A stretch of 64,000 bases of DNA, from positions 112,778,001 through 112,842,000 of the forward strand of contig NC_042998.1 in assembly GCF_006345805.1 (NCBI RefSeq), written 5' to 3'. This DNA is from Octopus sinensis (lineage: Eukaryota). The notes beneath the pieces are model-generated. The model made no database searches. It was not told the DNA's origin and saw only the letters and a program-made list of their open reading frames with translations. The position numbers and the translations under genes are program-made. Position 1 is the first letter of the stretch. Every line of letters begins with the position of its first letter. Shown piece by piece: positions 63,445 through 64,000 of this stretch.

Positions 63445-64000
63445 TTCATCATCATCATCATTGTTCAACGTCCGTTTTCCATGCTGGCATGGGTTGGACG
63501 GTTCAGCTGGGGTTTGGAAAGCCAGGAGGCTGCACCAGGCACCAGTCTGATCTGACAATGTTTTTACTGCTGGATGCCCTTCCGAGAGTGTAGTGGGTGC
63601 TTTTTACGTGCCACCAGCTCGGGAGCCAATCAAGGCAGTGCTGGCATTGGCCATGTTTGGATAGTACTTTTTACATGCCACCGGCACAGGGACCACATTT
63701 ACAATTTCCATTTGATTGTGATTGATATCATTTTGATGTTGATGTACTTGACTCAATAGGTCTCCTCAAGCACAGCATGTCGCCCTACGATCCAAAGGAA
63801 TTTTTTGAGTGGGCTGGTTATGCAATACTGGTGTAGGTTACAGCTGTGATCTCACTTTATTTTCCAGGTCTTCTCAGTCACAGCATATCTCCAGAGGTCT
63901 CTGTCTTTCGTCATTTCCTTTGTGAGGCCTAATGTTCAAAGGACATGCTTTACCATCTCATCCCACGTCTCCCTCTACCCCAGATTCCTTCCACTGTTCA
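63445..64000 (-). mobile_element. RTE LINE 3' end plus UTR
   Basis: (CAT)n tail at 63446-63460, UTR motifs, and the end of the RT region at the window edge. Confidence 0.75.

Overview
AT-rich, microsatellite-dense animal DNA; the SINE and RTE-tail repeats resemble those of Octopus (recalled, not searched). Two spliced genes sit head-to-head near 52.9-53.2 kb. On the + strand are the first four coding exons of NOL8 (N-terminal RRM; the gene runs past the window end). On the - strand is a multi-exon ORF (50483 to 32169, possible last exon 24812-24717) whose motifs resemble only the C-terminal module of NOL8. The rest is mostly transposon-derived: three Penelope-like elements (PLEs) with a YRDD-family RT, one Neptune-like PLE, RLE-type (R4/Dong-like) LINEs, many RTE fragments, three mariner remnants and tRNA-derived SINEs. 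Main leads: (1) the divergent NOL8-N / NOL8-C-like gene pair; (2) a 2.8-kb element bounded by direct repeats that each carry a type I hammerhead ribozyme and enclose a decayed gag/ORF1-like ORF; (3) other hammerhead motifs; (4) a PLE whose 3' half is strongly C-depleted; (5) several large inverted repeats, two of them beside the splice sites of one intron. All homology calls are by eye from recalled motifs; no searches were run.
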